Below, piece by piece: positions 50,746 through 64,000 of a stretch of 64,000 nt of DNA. Position 1 is the stretch's first letter. Each line of letters starts with the position of its first letter. The translations under genes were made by a program, and so were the position numbers. Origin of the DNA: Octopus bimaculoides (lineage: Eukaryota); contig NC_068994.1 of NCBI RefSeq assembly GCF_001194135.2, positions 43,452,945-43,516,944 on the forward strand. The letters are read 5' to 3'. The notes beneath the pieces are model-generated. The model did no database searches and was not told the origin of the DNA. It was given only the letters and a program-made list of their open reading frames with translations.

Positions 50746-51648
50746 AGTATATATGAGAATGTCTAGATATGAAAGTATATGCATGAGAAGACATGCATAA
50801 AACAAAATATACAAATCTGCACCAATATTTACATACATACATACATACATACAAACACACACACACACACATATACAACAGCTGGTTACAACTCTTGTGG
50901 GAAGCATCATGTTTGTTGGCGAGGTGAGAGGTTCAAAGTCCAGAGAAAGGACAGAAGAAGGGATTTGAACATAGAATGCACAGAACTTGAATAAAATCCC
51001 ATAAGGATGCTTATCTTTCTTTGATGCTTTCATGATTCTATCATTCCATTACTGTAGACTGATACTTTATTTTAATAACACCCCGAAAGTAAAAAAAAAA
51101 CAAACAAAGTTGGCTTTGGCAAGGTTTGAACTCAAGAAGGAGAGAGTCGGAACAGATATTGCAAAGCATTCCAAGAGACATCTCTAACCCTAACCCTGCC
51201 TTTGTTAGTTCACCACCTTCAGATGACCATACAAACTATATAATAATAAAATTCAAATGTGATACAGATTTGGGTGGAGATAAAAGTGCATAAACAACAG
51301 TGATTAATATCATCTATATTTAACAAATATATTTCAACATCAAAGATGCGTTAATGTTATGTCAAACATTCCTGAAACTGTAGTAGCATATCAGAATTCT
51401 TACTTTTATATCTAATTTCTTCTTTTCACTTTTCATTAACTGTTTAATTTTATTATATCCACAATGCAATACCCTGAGGATATAAAGTCTTTTTATCATC
51501 AATTCTAATGTTTTTTAGCTCAGAGAACCATCTTTTGGTATGAGTTTTTTTTTTAAGGTAATCTTAGAAATGCAACTTATTTAATTATTAAATAATTTTA
51601 TTGAATTTTTATTTATATATTTCTCTACTTTTTTACTTTTGTATGTGT

Positions 51649-51696
<48 letters not shown>

Positions 51697-52103
51697 TCTA
51701 TTTTCTTTTTTCCTATTTATCTATATACAGATGACTACCAACATTTTCCACTTATTACCAAATATGGTATTTTGCTGATATAGGCATAGGCATGGTTGTG
51801 TAACTGAGAAGCTCAGTTTGCAATCACATGGTTTTGAGGTTCAGTCCTATTGTGCAGCACAAAGGAGTCTAATGCTCTTACCTTAGACTTGGGGGGGGGG
51901 GCAACCAGATCAAACCATCTCAAGCGTAACTGCCCGAAATGGTCTTGACTTCTGGGACTTGACTGATGAAAGAAGTCCAAGAATAACTCAGTTCTTTTGC
52001 CTGTCATTCTAATTGTTGTTTCTCTTGTCCGCCTTTGTGTTGTCTATCTGTCCGAATGTTTTAATGCCCTCTATTGCGTTTTTGTTCCATTTTTATACAC
52101 ACA

Positions 52104-52136
<33 letters not shown>

Positions 52137-52403
52137 GCTCACACTTATGTGTATGCATTCAGACATATGCGTGCTGTCAATATATATATTTACCCTAGAA
52201 TTTTATGGCTGATTTAGTGAAATGCTAATGTGAATGTTAAAAATTAATATAAATAGCTAGGCACAATATAAAAACCAAAAAGGAAAAAGTTTTTGTGCAT
52301 GTTTGTAAATGTGTACATATATATATATATAACAATATATATGCATATATATATGTATGAGTGTATTTGAGCATATGCATATGTTTGTGTAGGTGTGTGT
52401 CTT

Positions 52404-52437
<34 letters not shown>

Positions 52438-53483
52438 TTTATGTTAGGGTTCAGCTTTGGAGGCCCTCCCAAGTGCTAGTTCTTTGCTGGTGTAGCTCTC
52501 AGGTTCACTACACAACAACAAGGACTGGACATTGCACTGGATTTTATATCTTAGATGAACAATAAAATAACTAACTAAGTATTAGGGTCATATAATCAAC
52601 CGGAATTATTGATGGCAGTACCCCAGTATGGCCACACCTCAATGACTGAAACCATTAGATGAGAAATAAATGAAGAATAGTACAGTAGATTAATAGACAG
52701 TTAAAATGCGGATAGTAACTTCTGTATAATGCAAACATTGCTACAGAAATTCTATAGTATGATACTAGAACAATTATATGTTCCTGAATAAATAAATATA
52801 TTTTATAGTATGGTGATATTGATTTGTCATATTGATAGAAATAGAAGGTATAGTCAATTGAAATGATTTCAGCACATGATTGACACTTGTTTTATTGAAC
52901 TCAATAGAATATAAAAGTGCAACGTTAAGCTCAATAGGACTGGAAATCAGAACATAAAGGTATGTTGCTAAATACAGAAAAGGGATTTACTTTGGTACCT
53001 GGTAACATCATTGCTGTTATATTAATGCTTTGTGAGAATGTAAATATGTACTGCATAGTCATGTGGTGGTGGTTCTACATTCATGATGGGTAAAGTTTCT
53101 TTGTGTGTATGTGTGTCTGTATATATATATATATATNNNNNNNNNNNNNNNNNNNNNNNNNNNNNNNNNNNNNNNNNNNNNNNNNNNNNNNNNNNNNNNN
53201 NNNNNNNNNNNNNNNNNNNNNNNNNNNNNNNNNNNNNNNNNNNNNNNNNNNNNNNNNNNNNNNNNNNNNNNNNNNNNNNNNNNNNNNNNNNNNNNNNNNN
53301 NNNNNNNNNNNNNNNNNNNNNNNNNNNNNNNNNNNNNNNNNNNNNNNNNNNNNNNNNNNNNNNNNNNNNNNNNNNNNNNNNNNNNNNNNNNNNNNNNNNN
53401 NNNNNNNNNNNNNNNNNNNNNNNNNNNNNNNNNNNNNNNNNNNNNNNNNNNNNNNNNNNNNNNNNNNNNNNNNNNNNNNNNNN

Positions 53484-53526
<43 letters not shown>

Positions 53527-53569
53527 CACATACACTAAGGGATACTGAAAAGTTCCTGGCTTGAACCTG

Positions 53570-53985
53570 AATGTCTGCAAGTTTCAATGTTTTGAGATCG
53601 GCCATCAAAACTTCATCCCATGTTTTCCTGAATCTTCCTCTTCCACAGCTTCCCACTACCTTAAATGATCAGCACTTCTTTATGCAGCTGTCTTCATCCA
53701 TCTGTATCACATGACCAAACCGGTGCAGTCTCCTTGCTTGCACACTGCATATGATTCCTCTTATACCCAACTTCTCTCTCAATACACCAATGCTCTGTCA
53801 CACATGCACACTGACATTACACACCCAGTGGAACATACCAGCTTCATTCCTCTCCAACTTTTGCATGTCCTCCACATTCAGGGTCTACATTTCACTACCA
53901 TACAGCATTGCTGTTCATGCACATACATTACACAATCTTCCCTTCACTTGTAGAGAGAAACCTTTGGTTGCCAACTGAGGTAAAA
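53570..53985 (-). mobile_element. RTE LINE C-terminal fragment
   Basis: RRLHRFGHVIQMDEDSCIKK and CGRGRFRKTWDEVLMADLKTLKL. Confidence 0.8.
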
Positions 53986-54817
53986 GCTATTGTCTTAAAA
54001 AAAATATATAAGAGTACATTGTATAATATATTTCAAGATATACCTAAAGAGATATGACAACCTTGAATGAAATATTTTTGACTGAAGATCAGTGAATGCT
54101 GACCCAGGGTTAAAATGAAACAGTAACTATAACAACAACAACACCCATTACTGTAAAATGTTCTGTTGTAATGGCAAGCAATGTGTTTGTTAAATAATAA
54201 ATTAACTGTCATTCTGTTATTCAAAAAGATACAAAGACAATGTGTCTGGTGTCGTATAATAGAAAATTATTGTAAGAAGACATATCAATTATTACATAAT
54301 AATGCAAGGAACTTTCTAACTTGTTTATGTGCTATGATGGAACCATTTCTTCATCACTTAGCATTTATAAGCAGAAACCATATGAAGTTTTGTAGTTTAA
54401 CACAATAAGATTTTCACCATTAAGATGACATGTAGCATGAATTCAGTTTTGAAGTGCAAGTACAACAGAAGGGGACAGATATATGAATCAGTTAATTGGT
54501 TAGAGAAAAGAACGACCAAATGATATTACCCAGGGATGCTATCTGCATTTAGAATAACAGTCAAATTAGGGCTATTGTACTTAATTTAGGGAGAAAAAAT
54601 CCCTTTCTAATTAATTTATTAATTAAAAATACTTATGCGATGAAAAGAAGAAAAACTTTGGCACAGTTTAGTTTGACTTTAGCAAGTAATAGAGAAGAAT
54701 GGCTGTAAGCAATCTTGAAATATATTTTGGCAGATAGGTCTATATAAGTTACTTATGCAGAACTATGGACAAGGGAAAAATACTCAGGAATGTTGCCATC
54801 TATATATCATGCATAGT

Positions 54818-55108
54818 TATTAATGACATGTAGGGACACGGTATTTCATTATTGAACCATAATATACTATAAAGTATATTAAACGATTTTTATAAGTCAA
54901 TACTATGTTCTACTGTGTTAGCAGTGCATTTTAGATCAATTGTTAAGGTTATCTCTACAAAATATTTGTAGAGATAACCTTAGCAAGTGATGTAAAGAGC
55001 ACTGCTAACACAGTAGAATATGGTATTGAGTTATAAAAAATGTTTAATATACTTTATAGTATGTTTTGTTTGCATAATGGAATATCACGTCCCTACAAGT
55101 CATTAATA
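54818..55108. repeat. Long palindrome: 144-bp arms, 3-nt loop, 124/144 identical, no indels
   Basis: 54818-54961 compared base by base with the reverse complement of 54965-55108. The innermost 18 bp are perfect. Confidence 0.95.
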
Positions 55109-55208
55109 TTTATGTACCAGCTACCAGGAATGTGTTTACTATGTAAAATTGGTATATCCAATAATGTAACACAGCTACATTTAGTGGCTATTTAAGTAAC
55201 GTGTTCAT

Positions 55209-55405
55209 AGGTGCAGGAGTGGCAAGTAGCTTTCTTACCAACCACATGGTTCTGGGTTCAGTCCCACTGCGTGGCACCTTGGGCAAGTGTCTTCTACTAT
55301 GGCCTCGGGCCGACCAAAGCCTTGTGAGTGGATTTGGTAGACGGAAACTGAAAGAAGCCCATCTCAATGACCAGTGAAGAAGCCCGTCTCAATGACCAGT
55401 GAGAG
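55209..55405 (+). mobile_element. Family-A SINE with a duplicated 25-bp unit at its 3' end
   Basis: Body nearly identical to the other family-A copies. The tail unit gaagccc.tctcaatgaccagtga occurs twice. Confidence 0.85.
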
Positions 55406-56256
55406 TGCCAGATGTAATTTGGCTTTTCTTCAACCTTTTTAATGGGATGTACTCACAAGCAGTCTTGTGCTCTGATGAGAATTTGTCATCTTTGATATAG
55501 GAAAAAGTGAACAGAATATTCACTGATATTGCGAATAGCTGCTTGACTGATTAAAAATCTAGTGTATGCCATAAAGCAGTATTTAAATTAAAATAATGAT
55601 CTGTGCCATGTTTGTCCGAAGGTAATGTGTATTACAAATTAGGCTGTGTTAAAACTGCATTATATGCTGTGTACTACATGAAAACTAAATAGTGAAGTAT
55701 ATGCTGTGAGCTGAAGAATATTAATTAAAGTAAGTTAAACTTTTGGTGAGGAAAAGGGATCATTAAGCTTCATGATTAGTTCTGGTCAAGAAACAAAGGC
55801 AGACAACCCAGAATTTTAAGAAACTGAAGTACAAATTAGAATGTAGGAAATGCAGCAAGATGTAAATTCCAATCTGGCTGTATGTTGTGTAGTAAGGTAT
55901 ACTTCTCACTACATTGGCAACATACTATTTTTAATTAGTTTTAATTGTGCTTACTTCAGAGGTGCCTATTAGGAGATAACATATCATCATCATCATCATC
56001 ATCATCGTTTTGCATTTTATTCCTCCATATTCATAAACAACTCGAATTTTTTTATCTATCCATGGGTTCACAAAAATCGACTTATAAATAAGAGAAAACT
56101 CGCAATTATAATCAGACACCATGAATTACATTTTGAAAAGTAATGATGTAACTCTTCAATGTTGTAAAACAAAGAATTGTCAGGATAAAACATTAGAGTT
56201 AACAACTATCAAACTTGGTGCAGAAGAAAATCGGACATTTCATTCCTAATGACCTG

Positions 56257-56311
<55 letters not shown>

Positions 56312-56985
56312 NNNNNNNNNNNNNNNNNNNNNNNNNNNNNNNNNNNNNNNNNNNNNNNNNNNNNNNNNNNNNNNNNNNNNNNNNNNNNNNNNNNNNNNNN
56401 NNNNNNNNNNNNNNNNNNNNNNNNNNNNNNNNNNNNNNNNNNNNNNNNNNNNNNNNNNNNNNNNNNNNNNNNNNNNNNNNNNNNNNNNNNNNNNNNNNNN
56501 NNNNNNNNNNNNNNNNNNNNNNNNNNNNNNNNNNNNNNNNNNNNNNNNNNNNNNNNNNNNNNNNNNNNNNNNNNNNNNNNNNNNNNNNNNNNNNNNNNNN
56601 NNNNNNNNNNNNNNNNNNNNNNNNNNNNNNNNNNNNNNNNNNNNNNNNNNNNNNNNNNNNNNNNNNNNNNNNNNNNNNNNNNNNNNNNNNNNNNNNNNNN
56701 NNNNNNNNNAAGTGTGTACATATACCAATATATACATATATCAGTCAAACAAGAAACCTCTTCATGGTCAGTGATCAGCTAAAAATGATAGCTCGATTTT
56801 CCTCTATTCGCATCCTACCATCTCAAATAATGGACAATGTTGTTGCATATTTGCTTAAATGCAAAGAAGACAGGCTGGTCAGAGGTGAAATTCCTTTAAT
56901 TATAAGTTTATTCGATAATGTATGACCAAGGGCTAAACAACAAGAACACACACACACACACACACACACAGAGATAGATAGATAA

Positions 56986-57028
<43 letters not shown>

Positions 57029-57247
57029 TGGGCACATATGTACTTGTTTATGAGTCCCTGCTTATTTGTGTCTTCTGTCAGTGTGTGGATGTGGACAAAT
57101 ATGTGTGTGCAAAAATGTGTGTGTACGGGTGTGTCAGAGGGTGGGAAAGAGTGTTGACTTGCGTGTATGCGCGACTAAATATTTATTCAAATATTTATCA
57201 TCTATTTTTGCAATAATTATCTTTCACTCTACAGTGCCTCCAATGAT

Positions 57248-57282
<35 letters not shown>

Positions 57283-57292
57283 CACACACACG

Positions 57293-57330
<38 letters not shown>

Positions 57331-58315
57331 NNNNNNNNNNNNNNNNNNNNNNNNNNNNNNNNNNNNNNNNNNNNNNNNNNNNNNNNNNNNNNNNNNNNNN
57401 NNNNNNNNNNNNNNNNNNNNNNNNNNNNNNNNNNNNNNNNNNNNNNNNNNNNNNNNNNNNNNNNNNNNNNNNNNNNNNNNNNNNNNNNNNNNNNNNNNNN
57501 NNNNNNNNNNNNNNNNNNNNNNNNNNNNNNNNNNNNNNNNNNNNNNNNNNNNNNNNNNNNNNNNNNNNNNNNNNNNNNNNNNNNNNNNNNNNNNNNNNNN
57601 NNNNNNNNNNNNNNNNNNNNNNNNNNNNNNNNNNNNNNNNNNNNNNNNNNNNNNNNNNNNNNNNNNNNNNNNNNNNNNNNNNNNNNNNNNNNNNNNNNNN
57701 NNNNNNNNNNNNNNNNNNNNNNNNNNNNNNNNNNNNNNNNNNNNNNNNNNNNNNNNNNNNNNNNNNNNNNNNNNNNNNNNNNNNNNNNNNNNNNNNNNNN
57801 NNNNNNNNNNNNNNNNNNNNNNNNNNNNNNNNNNNNNNNNNNNNNNNNNNNNNNNNNNNNNNNNNNNNNNNNNNNNNNNNNNNNNNNNNNNNNNNNNNNN
57901 NNNNNNNNNNNNNNNNNNNNNNNNNNNNNNNNNNNNNNNNNNNNNNNNNNNNNNNNNNNNNNNNNNNNNNNNNNNNNNNNNNNNNNNNNNNNNNNNNNNN
58001 NNNNNNNNNNNNNNNNNNNNNNNNNNNNNNNNNNNNCATCATCATCATCATCATCATCATCACTACCATCACCACTACCATCATCATCACAAACCTTGCT
58101 TGATTTAACATCTGCTGCACCAGTACATCATCATCATCACCTTATTATTGTCATCATCTTCATCTTCATCATCGTCATCGTCATCACTGTCATCATCATC
58201 ATCATCATCATCACCATCATCAGCAGCAGCAGCATCATCATCATCATCACTACCACCACTATCCCTGTCACATCTCCTACAAAATTCAACATCAGCACCA
58301 CCACCATCATCACTG

Positions 58316-58352
<37 letters not shown>

Positions 58353-58646
58353 TATCATCATCACTACCACCATCTCTATCATTGTCATCATTGGAACCGC
58401 TGCATAGCTGTTCTACATGATAAAATTAGCAGCTACATCTCCCTCAAATCACATCTATCATCTTAAATAAAAGGACATATTCAACGATATAGTCCTAGAT
58501 ATATTGTGCCTAAAATATAAATGAAATATAGAGAAAGAGACAGTTACAATATTCAATGCTACAATGTCTGAGACAGCTTTTTCTTCAGGCTAAACAGTAA
58601 CAGACAACATCGCCATCACCATCATCATAACCACCACCACAATCAC

Positions 58647-58684
<38 letters not shown>

Positions 58685-59626
58685 CTATTAAGCAATAACT
58701 GTCACTGTTTCTATGTCAGGTGTTAATATCTTGTTTCTCACACTGTTTAATTAATTGTTGCTTTCCAGTACGACTGCCCTAATGATATGTGGTAAAATTG
58801 AAGTTAACAGATGTGATATTCTTACATTTCCCAGGTTTCTTTAGTTCTTTAGTTCTTCTGACCAGACTGGAGCACTGCCTTCAGATGAATTTTTTTTTAT
58901 TTTTGTTTCTAAGTCCCAAGGAGGAAGGACAATACCTGAGACCCTATTTAAGACAATTTCGAGGCAAAGAAGAAGGTTCTCCACAATCCAGGGGAAGGTG
59001 TCTTCAAAATAGCTGAAAGGCTCACAACAGAGTGAACTTCACTTAAACGATGACAATGATGATGATGATGATTGTAAGAATGATGTGAGGGGCCAAATTT
59101 GGTTGGTTTGAACATAAGACAGGTAGAATATTTCAGGCTGTATATGGCCAGTCTAAATGCAAAAGGAGAGACAGTGCTGAGAAAACGAATCCAACTGGAG
59201 AGACACAGCAAAGACTGCCCAGAGTCAGGAACAGTAAAGAAAAGTTATCAATGGCTAACACTCCGTATGGAGTAAGCATGTAAGTCTATGAATGGTCAAG
59301 TGTTCTCACCCATCTTAGTTGGATTATTTTTCAGTACACATAACATCTTTAGATGGCAGACCCTTAAATTGGTGAAGGCAGCTTTGTGTTGTTTGTAACC
59401 ATTTATCAGATGGTTGACTCACGAAGGCCAGAAAGAAATGCATCTAGGTACATTTTAAAGGTCTCAGCATAAAGTTTGACCAAGTTTTGTAGACCTTTAG
59501 GGAAAGGTAGTTGTATAATTAATTGTGGACCTTTAAATGCCAAAATGCTGTTGTTTGATTTCCTGATGGAAGAACTGGAGGAAGGGAGTGTTGTAGGGTC
59601 TGGGAGGATCTCCTATTCCACTTCCA

Positions 59627-59660
<34 letters not shown>

Positions 59661-60049
59661 ACGTCAAAAATTCAGAATGAGATTTTTGAGAATTATGGCA
59701 TCATCAACAGCACAAATGTTGGAATATTCTCATCAGAATTCTTAAAGAATAGAGATGTAAAGCATAGAGGCGTTTCCAGAAATATAGATGAGTGACTTTG
59801 GTTATTGTTTTCGTGTGTGGTGTAGTTGCGGTAGCACAACTACATCTTCTCTTTACACACACACATATAATACATCTTAAAAAATGTAAACGACAAAGAT
59901 GATGATGATGATGATGTGTATATGTATATAAATATATGTATTCATTTATATATATGTGTGTGTGTGTGTATGTATGTACATGTGCATGTGTGTATATATA
60001 TGTATGCACGTGAGTGTATACAATACATATATACATATATGTTCATGTG

Positions 60050-60370
60050 AAAATCACTCATGCCAGTGCCACATACGTAAGAGTGCACATGTTGGTACCA
60101 CATTAAGGTACCTAGCACACACTGTAAAGTGATTGGTCTAAGGAAGGGTATCCAGCCATAGAAGCCATGCCAAATCAGATTGGAACCTGATGCGGCTCAC
60201 CTGCTTACCAGCTCTGGTCATACTGTCCAACCCATGCCAGCATGAAAAATGGACGTTAAAGGATGATGATGATGATGATGATGAGGATGATGATGATGAG
60301 GATGATGATGATGGTGGTGGTGGTGGTGATGATGATGATGATGATGGCGGTGACGACGACAATGATGGCA
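60050..60370 (+). mobile_element. RTE 3'UTR/tail element with long (GAT)/(GGT) tail
   Basis: ggaagggtatccagccatagaa...ccaacccatgccagcatgaaaaatggacgttaaag(gat)n. Confidence 0.75.
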
Positions 60371-60449
60371 TGTATATCATCATCAGAGAGAGAGAGAGAC
60401 ACAGACAGATAGGTAGATAGACAGACAGGCAGACAGACAGACAAACAGG

Positions 60450-60510
<61 letters not shown>

Positions 60511-60699
60511 TTATGTATGTATGAATATGTATATAAGTAAGTATGCATGCAAAAATGTATAGTCTGTTATTTTGAATGTGTGAATTTATATACATGCATA
60601 TGTAGATCTTTATGCATGCATGTTAGTAAGAAAACCTGAATATTTCTGTGTGAAAATTTTCACTTATGTTTACATATTTTTTTTTTGTGTATGTGTATA

Positions 60700-61155
60700 T
60701 ATGAGAGAGAGACAGAGAGACAGACAGAGACAGACAGAGACAGAGAGAAAGAGACAGAGAGAGAGAGAGAGAGAGACAGAGAGAGACAGAGACAAAGAGA
60801 GAGAAAGAGAGAGAGACAGAGAGAGGGAGAGAGAGAGATTGAGAGAGAGAGACAGACAGACAGAGACAGACAGACAGAGACAGACAGACAGAGAGACAGA
60901 GAGACAGTGACAAAGAGACAGACAGGCAGAGATACAGAATGAGAAAGAAACACAGAGAGAGACACACTGAGAGAGACACACAGAGAGAGACACACAGAGA
61001 GAGACACAGAGAGAGAGACACACAGAGAGAGACACACAGAGAGAGACACACAGAGAGAGACACACAGAGAGAGACACACAGAGAGAGACACACAGAGAGA
61101 GACACACAGAGAGAGACACACAGAGAGAGACACACAGAGAGAGACACACAGAGAG
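60700..61155. repeat. GA/GACA tract grading into a 14-bp minisatellite (GAGAGAGACACACA)n from about 60950
   Basis: About 14 tandem units read directly. Confidence 0.9.
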
Positions 61156-61797
61156 AGTGTGTGTGTGCATAGATGGATGGATGGATGGATGGATGGATGG
61201 ATGGATGGATGGATGGATGGATGGATGTTTTTCCTGGTTTCACTTCAAATTTCTCACCAATGAAGAAAGATCTAGTTTCTAGCATAAAAACAAGATTCTT
61301 TCATTGGAATTAAGCATCATCAACAGGATGTGTATAAATGTATAAATGTATCCATATTTGTAATAAGTATTTAGTGCGTATGCATGTATGTATGTATGTA
61401 TGTATGTATGTATGTATGTATGTATGTATGAATGAATGAATGTATGTATGTATGTATGTATGTATGTACGTACGTATGTATTTTATTGTAAGTAACCTTG
61501 AATATGTGAACAGCTACTGCCTGGTATTAAGAAGTGAGATGAGGTATTCATCCCAAGATAAAATGTAACACCGACTGATATCAATCTTCCTTTTACTTAA
61601 AACAGACATCAATTTCCTGTTATTCCATGATTTGCAATGATCATTAACAAATCACATATATTTTAATTTAATTTATACTCATTTTCAATACATTTAATTA
61701 AGATAAATATACTTCATTTTATTATTGACAGCACAAACACCCAGATATACACAAACTTTCACATGTACATCTACATACATATATATGTGTGTGTGTA

Positions 61798-61861
<64 letters not shown>

Positions 61862-62002
61862 CACACACACACANNNNNNNNNNNNNNNNNNNNNNNNNNN
61901 NNNNNNNNNNNNNNNNNNNNNNNNNNNNNNNNNNNNNNNNNNNNNNNTACAAATATGTGCATAAATAAATAAAAATATGTATGTGTGTGTGTTTGTGTAC
62001 TG

Positions 62003-62033
<31 letters not shown>

Positions 62034-62213
62034 GCGTATATATATATATTGCCCTGACAAGCTTGTCTGTGTAGAGGAGACGGGGTTCATCATTTGCAAA
62101 CTACAAGAAAGCAAAGAAGTGCATTGTGACTAGCAGTGCACAACAACATCCATTTGTCTGCTCAGTCAATAAAGTGGTGCAATAAAACATATGTATGCAG
62201 AAATACGTACTCA

Positions 62214-62272
<59 letters not shown>

Positions 62273-62465
62273 NNNNNNNNNNNNNNNNNNNNNNNNNNNN
62301 NNNNNNNNNNNNNNNNNNNNNNNNNNNNNNNNNNNNNNNNNNNNNNNNNNNNNNNNNNNNNNNNNNNNNNNNNNNNNNNNNNNNNNNNNNNNNNNNNNNN
62401 NNNNNNNNNNNNNNNNNNNNNNNNNNNNNNNNNNNNNNNNNNNNNNNNNNNNNNNNATATATATG

Positions 62466-62501
<36 letters not shown>

Positions 62502-62954
62502 TATATAGATATATATATATGTATGAATGTATTTATGCATATATGCAGGCATATATATTCATATGTATTCATTATTTGCTGAACCCGATAACCATGTGGT
62601 TGTGAATCAAATTTTACATGATCATGCCCATCCCTATCAAAGGAAAAACTGTATATGTTTATTTATTGATACACACACACACACACACAGACACACACAC
62701 ACACACACACACACATAATATATATACATATATTTCGTGCGGGTGACACGTAAAAGCACCCACTACANNNNNNNNNNAAAGCGGACGTTAAACGATGATG
62801 ATGATGATGATGATTATATATATGCGTCTTCAACACTTGTACAAAGCCACTTTAAAACAATGCAACTGTAAGTAACAAATCTGCCACAAGCAACAAAAAC
62901 CTCTGACGAGAGAGAGAGAAAGAGAGAGAGAGACAGAGAGAGAGAGAGAAAGAA

Positions 62955-62989
<35 letters not shown>

Positions 62990-63079
62990 AGGAGAAAGAG
63001 AGAGAGANNNNNNNNNNNNNNNNNNNNNNNNNNNNNNNNNNNNNNNNNNNNNNNNNNNNNNNNNNNNNNNNNNNNNNNN

Positions 63080-63152
<73 letters not shown>

Positions 63153-63668
63153 AATACAGTTTAGATCAACCAGGCATTCAACAATCAACCTGCATGGCAA
63201 AACAATTCCTCTCCTTAATCAGTAAACACTTCTACAAAAACAAAAAATGTACTATAAATTATTCCATGGGAATAATATAAAAGTCAGTTATTTTACCACT
63301 CCTTTTATAAGGAAAATCAATTCATTGCTTAACCACAGAATCCTTGGAAAGAAAACAAATCACAACAGTGTATTTCTCAAATCACTGAGTCATGCCTTTT
63401 GGGATAAAGTGATCAGTAACTGTGTTGTGTATCAAGTCAATTCAACTAAATAAATATCGTATCTACATTGGCTTAACAGAGAACTTGTTTAAGAATTGAC
63501 TAATAGAATATGAACACTTTCAAAGACTAACATAAGGAAAATATCATACTTAAAGTATGTTTAGCAAAAGAATAGAATGAGTCTACCAACTTCGCAAAGA
63601 TTGGATTGAACCACTTTCTAAAATAACAATTCAAATTTGTGCCTTCTTTATCATTTGAATGTGATATA

Positions 63669-63875
63669 CGAAGGGGTACTGAAAAGTTCCTGATGTTAAG
63701 TAAAAGAAAATACAAGTTAATTATGATTTTAGTCAATATATTCCCCTCTCAGACTTACACACTTATTGCAGTGGTCCTTTAGTCTTCTTAAGCTCTTTAA
63801 AAGAACTAAGAATGTTGGGCATCCAACCAGGCCTTTCACAATACCCATAAAGCCAGTAACTTTTCAGCACCCTAC
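63669..63875. mobile_element. Mariner-type MITE; related half-TIR at about 53535-53563
   Basis: TA|cgaaggggtactgaaaagttcctg ... aaagccagtaacttttcagcaccc. Confidence 0.75.
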
Positions 63876-64000
63876 ATCATAAAGCATACCACATCAATAG
63901 AAAGCCAGAACTAAACTGGACTTGCAGGCACAGTATGAAAATTTTGCTTCAGCTTTGGAAGAATGACAGGGAGCACTGCTGATATTATACATCAGATTTT

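Noticed and set aside
59330-59625. PRPYNT resembling the HEXIM PYNT motif, and a faint LINE RT-like frame
   Set aside because: No HEXIM context and the frame closes quickly. LINE similarity is too weak to annotate.
59715-59740. Minus-strand CTGATGAGAATATTCCAAC, second hammerhead candidate
   Set aside because: Lacks GAAA and a stem II loop. Other CTGATGA hits (19044, 25808, 51963, 55473) also lack the rest of the core.

Overview
AT-rich, microsatellite-dense animal genomic DNA from a gapped short-read assembly. The gene and repeat families point to an octopus genome (inference). The one firmly supported gene is a minus-strand cephalopod-type protocadherin. Its large exon (ATG 40315 to donor 37940, 792 codons) encodes a signal peptide, six cadherin repeats, a TM helix and the start of the tail. 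It splices in phase to a 157-bp exon (35256-35100) missing from the ORF track as an exon, ending in a GW...HYEEIP motif. The tail must continue, and the best candidate exons lie 26-29 kb away (8545-8462, 6561). Most of the remaining recognisable sequence is decayed TEs (RTE, R4/Dong, CR1-like, Penelope-like, tRNA-derived SINEs, Tigger, and Tc1/mariner, hAT and piggyBac-type MITEs), simple repeats and N gaps. Most notable structure beyond the gene: a predicted Ca2+-deficient EC3-EC4 linker, a decayed hammerhead ribozyme core, several long hairpins including a 144-bp-arm palindrome, a three-level TE nest, and possible antisense exons. No rRNA, tRNA gene or CRISPR array. TE boundaries are approximate. 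Alignments were done by eye and no database search was run.
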